A stretch of 56,745 nt of DNA, taken from positions 1 through 56,745 of the forward strand of contig JAJRXJ010000315.1 of assembly GCA_024276355.1 (NCBI GenBank), written 5' to 3'. The stretch's first letter is position 1; each line of letters starts with the position of its first letter. Source of the stretch: Actinomycetes bacterium (GTDB lineage: Bacteria; Actinomycetota; Acidimicrobiia; Acidimicrobiales; Aldehydirespiratoraceae). Shown here piece by piece: positions 17,667 to 26,420 of the stretch. Below the pieces are notes generated by a model that was not told the DNA's origin, ran no database searches, and saw only the letters and a program-made list of their open reading frames with translations. A program made the translations under genes and the position numbers.

Positions 17667-18719
17667 ATGCACTCTCTCAGCGAGTTTGGTGGTTGGCCGG
17701 GCATCCTCGGCCGGCTGGCCGCCGGCAGGGACCTCGACGCCACCGTTACACGAGCAGTGATGGCGTGCATCCTGGCCGGTGAGGCCTCCGATTCGCAGAT
17801 GGCCGCCTTCATCGTCGGGATGCAGATCAAGGGTGCCACCACCGACGAGCTGTCGGGAATGCAGGGATCGATGCTCGAAGTCTCGAGTCCGCTCAATCTC
17901 CCTCCCGACACCATCGACATTGTCGGCATGGGTGGAGGGGCGTCGCGGCGATCCCATGCTCTCAACGTGTCGACGATGGCCGCGTTCGTGGCCGCTGGTG
18001 CCGGCGCAACCGTGTGCAAGCACGGCAATCGGAAGGCTTCCTCCACCTCCGGAAGCTTCGACCTGCTCGAGGCCCTGGGCGTGCCGGTCGACATCGACCC
18101 GACCACGCTGGAGTCACACGTTGCCGAGGTGGGTGTGGGGTTTGCGTTTGCCCGCACCTTCCATCCGTCGATGCGTCATGTAGGGCCGGTTCGAGCCCAG
18201 CTTGGTATACCCACAGTGTTCAATGTGTTGGGTCCGCTCGCTCATCCCGCCCGGCTGACCCGGCAGGTGATCGGGGTCGCTGATTGGAGTCTGGCGCCGA
18301 CCATGGCCGGGGTTCTGATGGCCACCGGATCGGTGCGGGCTCTGGTTGTCCACGGACAGGCCGGCGACCCGGACGATGCCGGTCTCGACGAACTCACCAC
18401 GGCCGGAAAGTCGCGGATGCTGTCGATCGATCATGGGCGAGTGTCCGAGGTGGAGGTCGATGCCACCGAGTTCGGGCTGGCCCTGGTGGCCGAGTCCGAT
18501 CTGGCCGGAGGTGATGCCGCGGCCAACGCCCGCATCGCCCGGTCGGTGCTCGCGGGCGAACGTTCGGCAGCGCGCGACATCGTGGTGCTCAACGCGGCTG
18601 CAGGTCTTGTCGTGGCCGGCTTGGCCCGGGACCTGGGAGAGGGTGTGATTCAGGCGTCGGCGGCGATCGATGACGGTCGGGCCGAGGCCAAACTGTCGGC
18701 GCTGGTCTCGCGGCGCTGA
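17667..18719 (+). CDS. trpD: Anthranilate phosphoribosyltransferase
   Basis: NVST, KHGNRKASSTSGS, FHPSMRHVGPVR, PTVFNVLGPL, GLDE, LNAAAGL. Confidence 0.92.
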   Translation: MHSLSEFGGWPGILGRLAAGRDLDATVTRAVMACILAGEASDSQMAAFIVGMQIKGATTDELSGMQGSMLEVSSPLNLPPDTIDIVGMGGGASRRSHALNVSTMAAFVAAGAGATVCKHGNRKASSTSGSFDLLEALGVPVDIDPTTLESHVAEVGVGFAFARTFHPSMRHVGPVRAQLGIPTVFNVLGPLAHPARLTRQVIGVADWSLAPTMAGVLMATGSVRALVVHGQAGDPDDAGLDELTTAGKSRMLSIDHGRVSEVEVDATEFGLALVAESDLAGGDAAANARIARSVLAGERSAARDIVVLNAAAGLVVAGLARDLGEGVIQASAAIDDGRAEAKLSALVSRR

Positions 18720-20389
18720 CCCCGCCACACCGCGTGTCGGCCGGTGCCCTTGTGGCCGGCCGAGAATTCGCGGACCGGCTCGGCGTATTCCGCGAGCGGG
18801 CCGGTGACACATTCGAGGGTCATCCGGTGGGCGTTGGCGGAGATCCAGTTGACGATGCAGAGCATCTCGTCGGCATCGGATCGGGAAGGAGGCGTATCGG
18901 GTAGGGCGGTCGGGAAGGAAGATTCCCGCGGGGCGGGTGGCAACAAGGGATGATGGAGAAGTCCGTCGATGATCCGCATGTGGACGCCATCCACGGTAAA
19001 GAGGATGTCTCCGGCGCGGCGAATGGCCTCGAACTTTCTTCTGCGGGACAGAGCCAGCGACAGAGCTGATGCCCGGTCCCTCATGTCGGCAGCCTCTTCG
19101 TATCGCTCCTCGGCTGCCAGTGTGGTCATCCGCTCGCCGAGGCGGTCGAGCAGGGAATTGGGATTCTTGACGATGCCATCAATCAGGAAGGCGACCGATT
19201 TCGAGTAGTCGGCTTCGTCGACGGTTCCGGAACACGGGCATGCAGCAACCCTGAGTTGAGCGGCGGTGCACAGGCCGTCTCGTGTCGGTCGGGGAGACGA
19301 CGGGCCTGACGGAATCCTCGCGTTGCACCGACGTATCGGCACGGCGGTGTGGATGGCCTCGACAATGAGCCGGGCCTGTCTCGTCGAAGAGACCGGACCC
19401 AGATGGAGGTCGCCATCGTTGCTCGGCTGTCGAACGATCGAGAGTCGCGGGAACCGCTCGTGGAGCGTGAGCTTCACGTATCGATATCGATTACTGGTTG
19501 TGCCCTGCTTGTTGAATCTGGGAAGGTGGGCATGGATCAGGCGGATTTCGAGCACAGCCGCCTCCAAGCCGTTGGCGCACACCCGGTGTTCGATGGTGGA
19601 GGTCTGGCGCAGCAACTGCGACACCATGCGACGCTGATCCGACGAGAAATAGCTGCGCACACGGGACCTCAGGTTGGAGGCCTTGCCGACGTAGAGAATG
19701 GCGCCACTGCGTCCGCGGAACATGTAGACACCAGGAGCGCGCGGCAGGCCTTCGGTGAGTCCGAGCTTCGAGGCTTCGGGGTTGCCGGCCATGGTCGGAA
19801 GAGAGATGAGATCGTCGAGTCCGGTGGCGCCCATGGCCGCCGCCCGTTCGATGAGCAGGTGGAGCAGATCACCGGTGGCGAGAGCATCGTCGAGAGCCCG
19901 GTGGCTGGGCTGATGATCGAGCCTGAACCGGTCGGCGAGTGTGTGGAGCCTGCAGTTGGGCACCTCCGGTCTGAGCAGCCGCCGGGCCAGCGCCAGCGTG
20001 TCGATCGACCGGTTCGGCAGGCGCTGACGGTCTTGGGCCCGGAGGGTGGCGTTGATGAATGACAGGTCGAACCTGACGTTGTGGCCAACCACCACCGAGT
20101 CTCCGATGAACTCCAGCAATGACGGGGTGACCGACTCGATACGGGGGGCATCGGCCACCATTGATTCGGTTATGCCGGTGATCACGGTTATCCGGGGAGG
20201 AATCGCACAGCCGGGATTGACCATGGTCTGGTATGTGCCCAGGCATTCACCCCCTCGAAGCTTCACGGCTCCGATTTCGGTGATCATGCTGGTTACGGGG
20301 GAGGTGCCGGTGGTTTCGAGATCAAGCACGCAGAATGTGACATCACGAAGCGGAGTGCCCAGGTCGTCGAAACTTCGCTGGCGAGGCAT
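18650..20389 (-). CDS. DEDDh exonuclease + GIY-YIG/UvrC-like nuclease fusion (Rv2191-like)
   Basis: DLETTG, HNVRFD, HRALDDA; PGVYMFR..LYVGKASNLRSRVRSYF; UVR-like EERYEEAADMRD. ATG 20389. Confidence 0.93.
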   Translation of the reverse strand: MPRQRSFDDLGTPLRDVTFCVLDLETTGTSPVTSMITEIGAVKLRGGECLGTYQTMVNPGCAIPPRITVITGITESMVADAPRIESVTPSLLEFIGDSVVVGHNVRFDLSFINATLRAQDRQRLPNRSIDTLALARRLLRPEVPNCRLHTLADRFRLDHQPSHRALDDALATGDLLHLLIERAAAMGATGLDDLISLPTMAGNPEASKLGLTEGLPRAPGVYMFRGRSGAILYVGKASNLRSRVRSYFSSDQRRMVSQLLRQTSTIEHRVCANGLEAAVLEIRLIHAHLPRFNKQGTTSNRYRYVKLTLHERFPRLSIVRQPSNDGDLHLGPVSSTRQARLIVEAIHTAVPIRRCNARIPSGPSSPRPTRDGLCTAAQLRVAACPCSGTVDEADYSKSVAFLIDGIVKNPNSLLDRLGERMTTLAAEERYEEAADMRDRASALSLALSRRRKFEAIRRAGDILFTVDGVHMRIIDGLLHHPLLPPAPRESSFPTALPDTPPSRSDADEMLCIVNWISANAHRMTLECVTGPLAEYAEPVREFSAGHKGTGRHAVWRGQRRETSADSLASARPSSIAADA

Positions 20390-20394
20390 CGCGA

Positions 20395-20424
20395 AATGTT
20401 GGACGAACAAACGTTCGGTGTCAA
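20395..20424 (-). promoter_or_regulatory. LexA (SOS) box within a sigma70-type promoter
   Basis: CGAAC-AAAC-GTTCG at 20404-20417 lies between -35 TTGACA (20424-20419) and a -10-like element just before ATG 20389. Confidence 0.85.
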
Positions 20425-20454
20425 ACCGGATCGTTCACGGCGAGGCGACCGGTG

Positions 20455-22068
20455 TCATCGGGACAGGTTCGGCACCACCGAGGTGAGGTGGTCCGCCAAT
20501 CTCAGTGCAAGGGCCACGATGTTGAAGGTGGGGGTGGCCACGCCGCCGGTGGCGAAAACCGAACTACCCGCCATCCAGAGATTGTCGATGCCGTGGACGC
20601 GACAGTCGGCGTCGACCACGCCCTCGGTGGGATCCGTGGCCATGCGGGTGGTGCACATGTGATGGAAGCCGACGCCCACCGGAAACCCGAGAGGGTCGAA
20701 CTCTTCCGGAGACGACCGGTAGAGCGACAAGAATTCACCGGGGATCATGTGGTCGGCGGCGTCGGCATGGACGCCACCCGGAATGATCTGGAAGCGGCCT
20801 GCACCAGCGGCTCCGACCTGCTCGGCGACCGTGCGAAGCCCCGAGAGGATCGCGGCTCTGTCCTGAGGGGTGTGTCGCCAGTCGAGTCGGGCGCGAGGCA
20901 TCCCGAACGGGTCGGACTCCGATGAGAGGGTGACCCTGCTGTCGGGGTTGAGGCGCTGTTCGGCCAGAACCTGCACGTAGGCCGCGGTGGACGGCCGTTC
21001 TCCGGCGACTGCCGACAGCAGCGCTCCGATCTCGGCCATGGTGTCGCCCCCGGGCTGGTACGGGACACCATCGGGGAGATGCCCGAGAGCGAACTGAACC
21101 TCGAGGCCGGTGGTGTTGGCCGAAGCCACATGTTCGCTCGTGAGGGCGAGAGCGTACTTGACACCGTGTACCGAGCCGGCATGACGACCCCGGGTGATCT
21201 CCACGTCCTCGCCGTGGAAGCCGACCAGATCCTCCAGTGGAGCCTCGAACAGACCGAAACCGGCGTATGACTGGAGATGCTCGGTGAAGTAGCGGCCAAC
21301 CAGGTCGTGGTTGTTGCCGAGGCCGGAGGGGTTGCCGTCGGTCGAAGCGAGCAGCAGTCGAGCGTTCTCGATTCCACCGGACGCAACAACGAATGCCTCG
21401 GATCTTGCCCTGAGTCTCAACCCGCCGAGGGTGCGAATCTCAGCTGATGTCACGTGCCGACCGTCGTCGGCGAGATTGGTCACGTTGGCCCCCAGGATCA
21501 CCCGAAGCCGTGTCGACCTGGCAAGGTCGTCGCGGTAGACCTCGCCGAAGGGCATCGGGAACGCGATCTGAAAAGCGACAGGAGCCACGACCCGGTTCGA
21601 TATCGGCGGCAACTTCATGCCGGATCGCTCCTGCCAGACGGCAGGTGAGAACTCGCTGTCGGTGATCCGGCACCACTCGGCGGCCCGGGCCCAGAACGGC
21701 AGGAGGTCGTCGTGGTCGATGGGCCAGCCCGACACCTCGAGATGGTCGCGACGTTGGAAGTCGACCGGCTGGAGAGGGCGGCAGTAGCCGGCCCAGTGGT
21801 TGGTTGTGCCGCCCAGCCACCGAAGCCTGATCTCGTCGAGATCAACCTCTCCTCCGAGCACGGTCAAAGGCTCCCCGACATTGTCGCCTCGGTAGAGGTC
21901 CTGGGTGGCTGCATCGAAGTCGAGAAAGCCCGACTCGAGAAGGGTGACATTCATGCCGCCTGCGGCGAGTTCCAATGCCAGCGTGATACCCGCAGCTCCA
22001 CCTCCGACAATGCACACGTCGGACTCGATGACGTGGTTGTCGTCAAGGCTGTCGGCACGAATCAGCAT
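20455..22068 (-). CDS. FAD-dependent GMC-family oxidoreductase
   Basis: DVCIVGGGAAG, LGGTTNHWAG, GGIENARLLL, VGRYFTEH, HHMCTTRM, GSSVF...PTFNIVALALRLA. ATG 22068. Confidence 0.92.
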   Translation of the reverse strand: MLIRADSLDDNHVIESDVCIVGGGAAGITLALELAAGGMNVTLLESGFLDFDAATQDLYRGDNVGEPLTVLGGEVDLDEIRLRWLGGTTNHWAGYCRPLQPVDFQRRDHLEVSGWPIDHDDLLPFWARAAEWCRITDSEFSPAVWQERSGMKLPPISNRVVAPVAFQIAFPMPFGEVYRDDLARSTRLRVILGANVTNLADDGRHVTSAEIRTLGGLRLRARSEAFVVASGGIENARLLLASTDGNPSGLGNNHDLVGRYFTEHLQSYAGFGLFEAPLEDLVGFHGEDVEITRGRHAGSVHGVKYALALTSEHVASANTTGLEVQFALGHLPDGVPYQPGGDTMAEIGALLSAVAGERPSTAAYVQVLAEQRLNPDSRVTLSSESDPFGMPRARLDWRHTPQDRAAILSGLRTVAEQVGAAGAGRFQIIPGGVHADAADHMIPGEFLSLYRSSPEEFDPLGFPVGVGFHHMCTTRMATDPTEGVVDADCRVHGIDNLWMAGSSVFATGGVATPTFNIVALALRLADHLTSVVPNLSR

Positions 22069-22547
22069 GCGACGTCCCCGTCGCACACGTAGGCCACGAT
22101 GGCCGCGGCGCGAGCTTCGGATGCGGACAGTACCCATCCGGCCACCGAGACCGTGTCTCCGGCCAGGAATTCGGCGGCCACGGTTGATGCGGCTGCTTGG
22201 ATGGGGTCGGAGGCCGGGTCGGGGAGCAGATCGATCAGGACCTGCGGATCGGCTTCGTCGGGATGTTCGGATAGGTATCGGCGCCCGACCCGGGATATCG
22301 CCGGGTCGAGCTTGGAGATCGCCTGCTTGTCGAGCGAGTCCAGAGCAGCCATCTGATCGGGTGACACCGGTGGGATGGCGTGAACAGCAGGGTCTGACAC
22401 GGTGGTGGCGGCGGGTTCGGGTCGGCCGGCCGGTCGATCGGGCCGAAGCTGCAGCCATGTGGCACCTCCGCCGATGGCGAGGGCCACGACTCCGGCGCCG
22501 ATGCCCATGGCTTGACGTCGTGAGTACTCGTGGTCCGGCTGCGTCAC
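22062..22547 (-). CDS. Small exported partner of the GMC oxidoreductase
   Basis: GTG 22547 after -10 TACCAT; SRRQAM followed by a hydrophobic helix (Tat-like); C-terminal FLAGDTVSVAGWVLSASEAR; overlaps the GMC start. Confidence 0.72.
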   Translation of the reverse strand: MTQPDHEYSRRQAMGIGAGVVALAIGGGATWLQLRPDRPAGRPEPAATTVSDPAVHAIPPVSPDQMAALDSLDKQAISKLDPAISRVGRRYLSEHPDEADPQVLIDLLPDPASDPIQAAASTVAAEFLAGDTVSVAGWVLSASEARAAAIVAYVCDGDVAC

Positions 22548-22591
22548 GGGGCTGAATGGTACTGCCGGGTCCGGTCGGCGACCCCTGGGCG

Positions 22592-22628
22592 GGGGTGTGA
22601 CGAGAGTGTCACACCCCATCTCTAGGGT
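22592..22628 (+). promoter_or_regulatory. Inverted repeat with PafBC/RecA-NDp-like promoter
   Basis: GGGGTGTGAC-N6-GTCACACCCC; the right arm gives TGTCAC-N10-TAGGGT, 6 nt before ATG 22635 (mycobacterial motif is TGTCGG-N10-TANNNT). Confidence 0.55.
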
Positions 22629-22634
22629 GACCCC

Positions 22635-22889
22635 ATGGTCATCAGCAAACACCTGAGCATCGTTCCCGATCTCCCCCCTACGGATGAAGAGCCCCTCGTC
22701 ATCGATTGCGACGAGTGCTCCGCGCAAGACACCGAGGTGTGCGCGGAGTGTGTCGTCAGCTACATCGTCAGCAAGGAGCCCGGTCGGCCGATCGAGCTGG
22801 AGCGGAGTGAAGCCAACGCCGTCAGGCTCCTTGCCAACGCCGGCCTCGTGCCGGGTTCGAGATTCACCCGCGTGCAGCCGGTCGCCTGA
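22635..22889 (+). CDS. Small four-Cys actinobacterial protein (Rv2190A-like)
   Basis: IDCDEC-x7-CAECVVS...AVRLLANAGLVP. Confidence 0.8.
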   Translation: MVISKHLSIVPDLPPTDEEPLVIDCDECSAQDTEVCAECVVSYIVSKEPGRPIELERSEANAVRLLANAGLVPGSRFTRVQPVA

Positions 22890-22918
22890 TTCGTTGGGGA
22901 TCATGCCACGATGTAGCG

Positions 22919-23983
22919 GTGGAAGTGATCCGACACGAACTTGAGGAGATCGGTCTTGGGGCCGGCCTGTGCGCGGTCGGCTTTGCCGGTGCCGACCGAT
23001 TCCCCGACACTCTCCGGGATCTCGAGGGCAGAAAGGCGGCCGGTCTCCACGGAGGGATTCAATTCACTTACCGCAACCCGGCCAGGTCCACCAACCCTTC
23101 GGCAACGATGCCGTCGGCGAGGTCCCTCGTGGTCGGTGCCCTCGACTATTCATCGGCCGTGCCGGCCAAGCCGACACACGCCCCCATGGGCCGGGTGGCG
23201 TCCTACGCGTGGCACGACCACTACCGGTTTCTCCGCGCTGCGCTCGACCGGATGGCCGAACATCTGCGGGCCCGGGGCCACCGCGCCGAGGTATACGCCG
23301 ATCAGAACAATCTTGTCGACCGCGCCGTCGCGCACCGATCGGGAATCGGCTGGTGGGGGAAGAGCTCCAACATTCTCATTCCCGGTACCGGGAGCATGGT
23401 CGTGCTCGGCGCGGTGCTCACCGACGCGGAGATGGCAATGAGCCACGTAGAGCCGGTGCCCGACCAGTGCGGCTCCTGCAATTCGTGCATCACCTCGTGC
23501 CCCACCGATGCCATCGTCTCACCCGGGGTGATCGATGCCCGCAGGTGTCTCGCTTGGCTCCTTCAGCTCGACGGGGATTTCCCCGAGGAGTTCCGGGCGG
23601 CGCTCGGCGATCGCATCTACGGCTGCGACGACTGCCAGGACGCCTGCCCACCAAACCAGATCACGCTTCGCCGCACAGCGGATCGTGACCGAGACTACGG
23701 AGCCGAACCCGGTGCCTGGGTGCCGATCCTCGGCCTACTGAGCCTCGGCGACGCCGAACTGATGTCCCGATACGGCCGGTGGTACATACCCCGTAGAGAC
23801 CCCGACATCATTCGTCGCAACGCATACGTGGTGCTGGGCAACATCGGCGACCGTGACGACCCGGCAACCAGGGCCGCCATACGCGCCGGGATCTCCCACA
23901 AGAGCGAGGTGGTGCGTACCCACGCATCATGGGCGGCAGCCCAACTTGGTCTCGATCGTCTCACTCCAACAGCAACCGCCTAG
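22919..23983 (+). CDS. queG: tRNA epoxyqueuosine(34) reductase
   Basis: GRVASYAW.DHY, GIGWWGKSS, CGSCNSCITSCPT, DARRC, IYGCDDCQDACP. Confidence 0.92.
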   Translation: MEVIRHELEEIGLGAGLCAVGFAGADRFPDTLRDLEGRKAAGLHGGIQFTYRNPARSTNPSATMPSARSLVVGALDYSSAVPAKPTHAPMGRVASYAWHDHYRFLRAALDRMAEHLRARGHRAEVYADQNNLVDRAVAHRSGIGWWGKSSNILIPGTGSMVVLGAVLTDAEMAMSHVEPVPDQCGSCNSCITSCPTDAIVSPGVIDARRCLAWLLQLDGDFPEEFRAALGDRIYGCDDCQDACPPNQITLRRTADRDRDYGAEPGAWVPILGLLSLGDAELMSRYGRWYIPRRDPDIIRRNAYVVLGNIGDRDDPATRAAIRAGISHKSEVVRTHASWAAAQLGLDRLTPTATA

Positions 23984-23995
23984 AGTTCTCTCGCT

Positions 23996-25126
23996 GTGGC
24001 CCGCCATCTGCTTGTCACCAACGACTTCCCGCCCAAGATCGGCGGCATACAGAACTACCTTTGGGAGCTCTGGCGCCGTCTCCCCGCCGACGAGGTGGTG
24101 GTACACACCACCCCATACAAGGGCGCGGCCGAGTTCGACTCGGAGCAGGACTACACCATCATCCGCAGCCGGGAGCCGTGGCTGCTTCCCACCCCGATCC
24201 TGGCCAGACGGGTCGACTCATTGGCCCGTAGCCATGCGGTCGATCTGGTGCTCATCGACCCCGCAGTTCCCGCCGGCCTCATAGGGCCGCATCTGGATCA
24301 TCCCTATGGTGTGATTCTCCATGGTGCGGAAGTCACGATTCCCGGACGAGTACCGGTGAGCCGGCAGCTCCTGTCGAGGGTGCTCGACAAGTCGGTGGGC
24401 GTGATCGCCGCCGGTGGGTACCCGGCCGACGAGGCCGAGCGGGCGGCAGGAAGATCGTTGCCCACAACCATCATTCCCCCCGGTGTCGACGTCGAGCGGT
24501 TCGTGCCTCTCTCGGAGTCCGACCGTGTCGCGGCCCGACGAAGGTTGGGGCTTCCCGAATCCGGGCCGCTGGTGGTGTCGGTGTCGCGACTGGTGCCCCG
24601 CAAGGGCATGGACACGCTGATTCGTGCATCGGTCGAGATCCGCAAACGGCATCCGGAGGTCACCGTCGCCATTGCCGGAAAGGGTCGCGACTCGAAACGT
24701 CTGGCGGCGCTGATAGCCGAGCTCGACGCGCCGGTTCGGCTTCTGGGGAGGGTCGACGACTCCGACATGCCGGCCCTCTACGGGTGCGGTGATGTGTTCA
24801 CCATGTTGTGCCGCACCCGGTGGGGCGGCCTCGAGCAGGAAGGGTTCGGCATTGTGTTCCTGGAGGCGGCCGCGGCCGGAGTTCCCCAGGTGGCCGGCCG
24901 CAGCGGCGGTGCCCACGAGGCCGTGGTCCACGATCAGACCGGGCTGATCGTCGACAATCCGACCGACCCCCTCGAGGCTGCAGACGCGATCAGCAGTCTG
25001 CTCGACCAACCCGACCAGCGAGCGGCAATGTCGCGTGCGGGTCGTGACAGGTCGGTGGCCGAGTTCTCCTACGACGTGCTCACAGCCAGGCTCGCCGAAG
25101 CCATCAAGGAGATGGCGGGCAGGTGA
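23996..25126 (+). CDS. pimB: GT4 glycosyltransferase, PimB'-like phosphatidylinositol mannosyltransferase
   Basis: LLVTNDFPPKIGGIQ, SRLVPRKGMD, CRTRWGGLEQEGFGIVFLEA; synteny matches Rv2188c. Confidence 0.85.
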   Translation: MARHLLVTNDFPPKIGGIQNYLWELWRRLPADEVVVHTTPYKGAAEFDSEQDYTIIRSREPWLLPTPILARRVDSLARSHAVDLVLIDPAVPAGLIGPHLDHPYGVILHGAEVTIPGRVPVSRQLLSRVLDKSVGVIAAGGYPADEAERAAGRSLPTTIIPPGVDVERFVPLSESDRVAARRRLGLPESGPLVVSVSRLVPRKGMDTLIRASVEIRKRHPEVTVAIAGKGRDSKRLAALIAELDAPVRLLGRVDDSDMPALYGCGDVFTMLCRTRWGGLEQEGFGIVFLEAAAAGVPQVAGRSGGAHEAVVHDQTGLIVDNPTDPLEAADAISSLLDQPDQRAAMSRAGRDRSVAEFSYDVLTARLAEAIKEMAGR

Positions 25127-25569
25127 GCCACAACTCCACAAGCCGGCCCGAGGGTCGTGCGATCATCCGAGCGTCGTGGACCTCCACAGTTGTCTTCTCG
25201 ATCACCGCTGTCGCGGCCACCATGAGTCCGGGAATCCTGCGGTGGCCGGCGCTGGTGGTTGCCCTCGGCATGTTTGCCGTCGGCTGCATTGTCTTCCTCT
25301 GGGCGTTCGCCGTCGCGGTCGGTCGCAGCCGAACCGATGCCATTGGCATAGGTGGATTGTTTTTCCTGGCCGGCTCTGCTCCCCGCGGTGTGCAGTTCAC
25401 CCTCATGGGCTCGCTGGCCGTTCAGGTGATGGTGGCGATTGCCACCGCATCGGCACGAATATTCACCACTCTTGCCTTTGGTTCGCTGGCACCGATGATG
25501 GGGTTGGCGATGGCCGGGCTCTGGGGTGCAAAGTTCGGTAGATTCGGACCACGAAGCCCGGCAGAGTGA
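25123..25569 (+). CDS. Hypothetical membrane protein
   Basis: GTGA overlap; about 4 TM helices; AVGRSR..IGIGGLFFLAGSAP, LAFG.L.P. Confidence 0.78.
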   Translation: MSHNSTSRPEGRAIIRASWTSTVVFSITAVAATMSPGILRWPALVVALGMFAVGCIVFLWAFAVAVGRSRTDAIGIGGLFFLAGSAPRGVQFTLMGSLAVQVMVAIATASARIFTTLAFGSLAPMMGLAMAGLWGAKFGRFGPRSPAE

Positions 25570-25628
25570 CCCCCAAGTCCGGTTCAGTTGTTAGTGTCAC
25601 GTTTCGACACACGAGGAGCGATTCGCAC

Positions 25629-26081
25629 ATGGTCGATCAAGCCACCGAGCGCACCACCATCAACGCCACACCCGATGAATGTTTCGATGTGGCCATCGAT
25701 TTCGAGAAGTATCCCGAGTGGGCGTCCGACATCAAGATGTCACGTGTCCTGTCGCGCGACGATCAGGGCCGGGCGGTCGACGTCGAGTTTCGTGCCGCGG
25801 CCATGGGACGAAGCACGACCTACACGTTGCGATACTTCTATGGGTCCAATCCCCGACGGCTCGCGTGGCGACTACAGGCCGGCGATGTGACCCGTCGACT
25901 CGACGGCGAATACGAGTTTCTCCCCGTCAAGGGCGACCCGGGAAGAACCGACGTCGTCTACCACCTGGCCGTCGATCTCTCCGTACCATTGCCCGGATTC
26001 GTGAAGCGCAGGGCCGAGGCCCGGCTGTTGCGGACCGCGCTCGAGGATTTCACGTGCGCGGTCGAGGGGCGCAAGAAGTGA
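25629..26081 (+). CDS. SRPBCC / polyketide cyclase family protein
   Basis: GAGGAG RBS; DFEKYPEWA, LDGEY, VPLPGFVKRRAE. Confidence 0.9.
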   Translation: MVDQATERTTINATPDECFDVAIDFEKYPEWASDIKMSRVLSRDDQGRAVDVEFRAAAMGRSTTYTLRYFYGSNPRRLAWRLQAGDVTRRLDGEYEFLPVKGDPGRTDVVYHLAVDLSVPLPGFVKRRAEARLLRTALEDFTCAVEGRKK

Positions 26082-26332
26082 CTCAGCCCTCGGGCGATTC
26101 CGATCATTCGACTCCAGATCCGCTTGAGGACGTACGGGAGGCCGCCAGCGAGGTGATCGGATCGTTGAAGCGTCTGATCGAGGCCACCGAGAAGGTCGTG
26201 GCTGATCCGGCATCGTTCGATCAGGTGGTAAGCGGGGGCAAGAGCATCATCGATGCATTCACCAGCGGTTTCGTCGGTGGTCCCGATGAAGCGCCGGAAC
26301 CCCGGGGCCCACTGGGCGACACCCAGGTCTGA
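26078..26332 (+). CDS. Small hypothetical helical protein
   Basis: GTGA overlap; amphipathic LEDVREAASEVIGSLKRLIEATEKVV; occupies the position of the SCO2127/Rv2183c-type gene. Confidence 0.65.
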   Translation: MTQPSGDSDHSTPDPLEDVREAASEVIGSLKRLIEATEKVVADPASFDQVVSGGKSIIDAFTSGFVGGPDEAPEPRGPLGDTQV

Positions 26333-26384
26333 TTCTCTCCTCCGCGGCCGGGAATCGGCCTCGGGGGTGGTCGGATCGCACCGC

Positions 26385-26411
26385 TTTAGAAGACCTCCAC
26401 CATGCCGACAG
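26385..26411 (+). promoter_or_regulatory. Candidate sigma28-type promoter
   Basis: TTTAG-N14-GCCGACAG, 9 nt before ATG 26421. Confidence 0.45.
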
Positions 26412-26420
26412 GGTCAAACG

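Noticed and set aside
18650-18719. 70-bp convergent overlap of trpD and the nuclease gene
   Set aside because: The nuclease tail is low-information and probably reflects stop-codon drift; no sign of function
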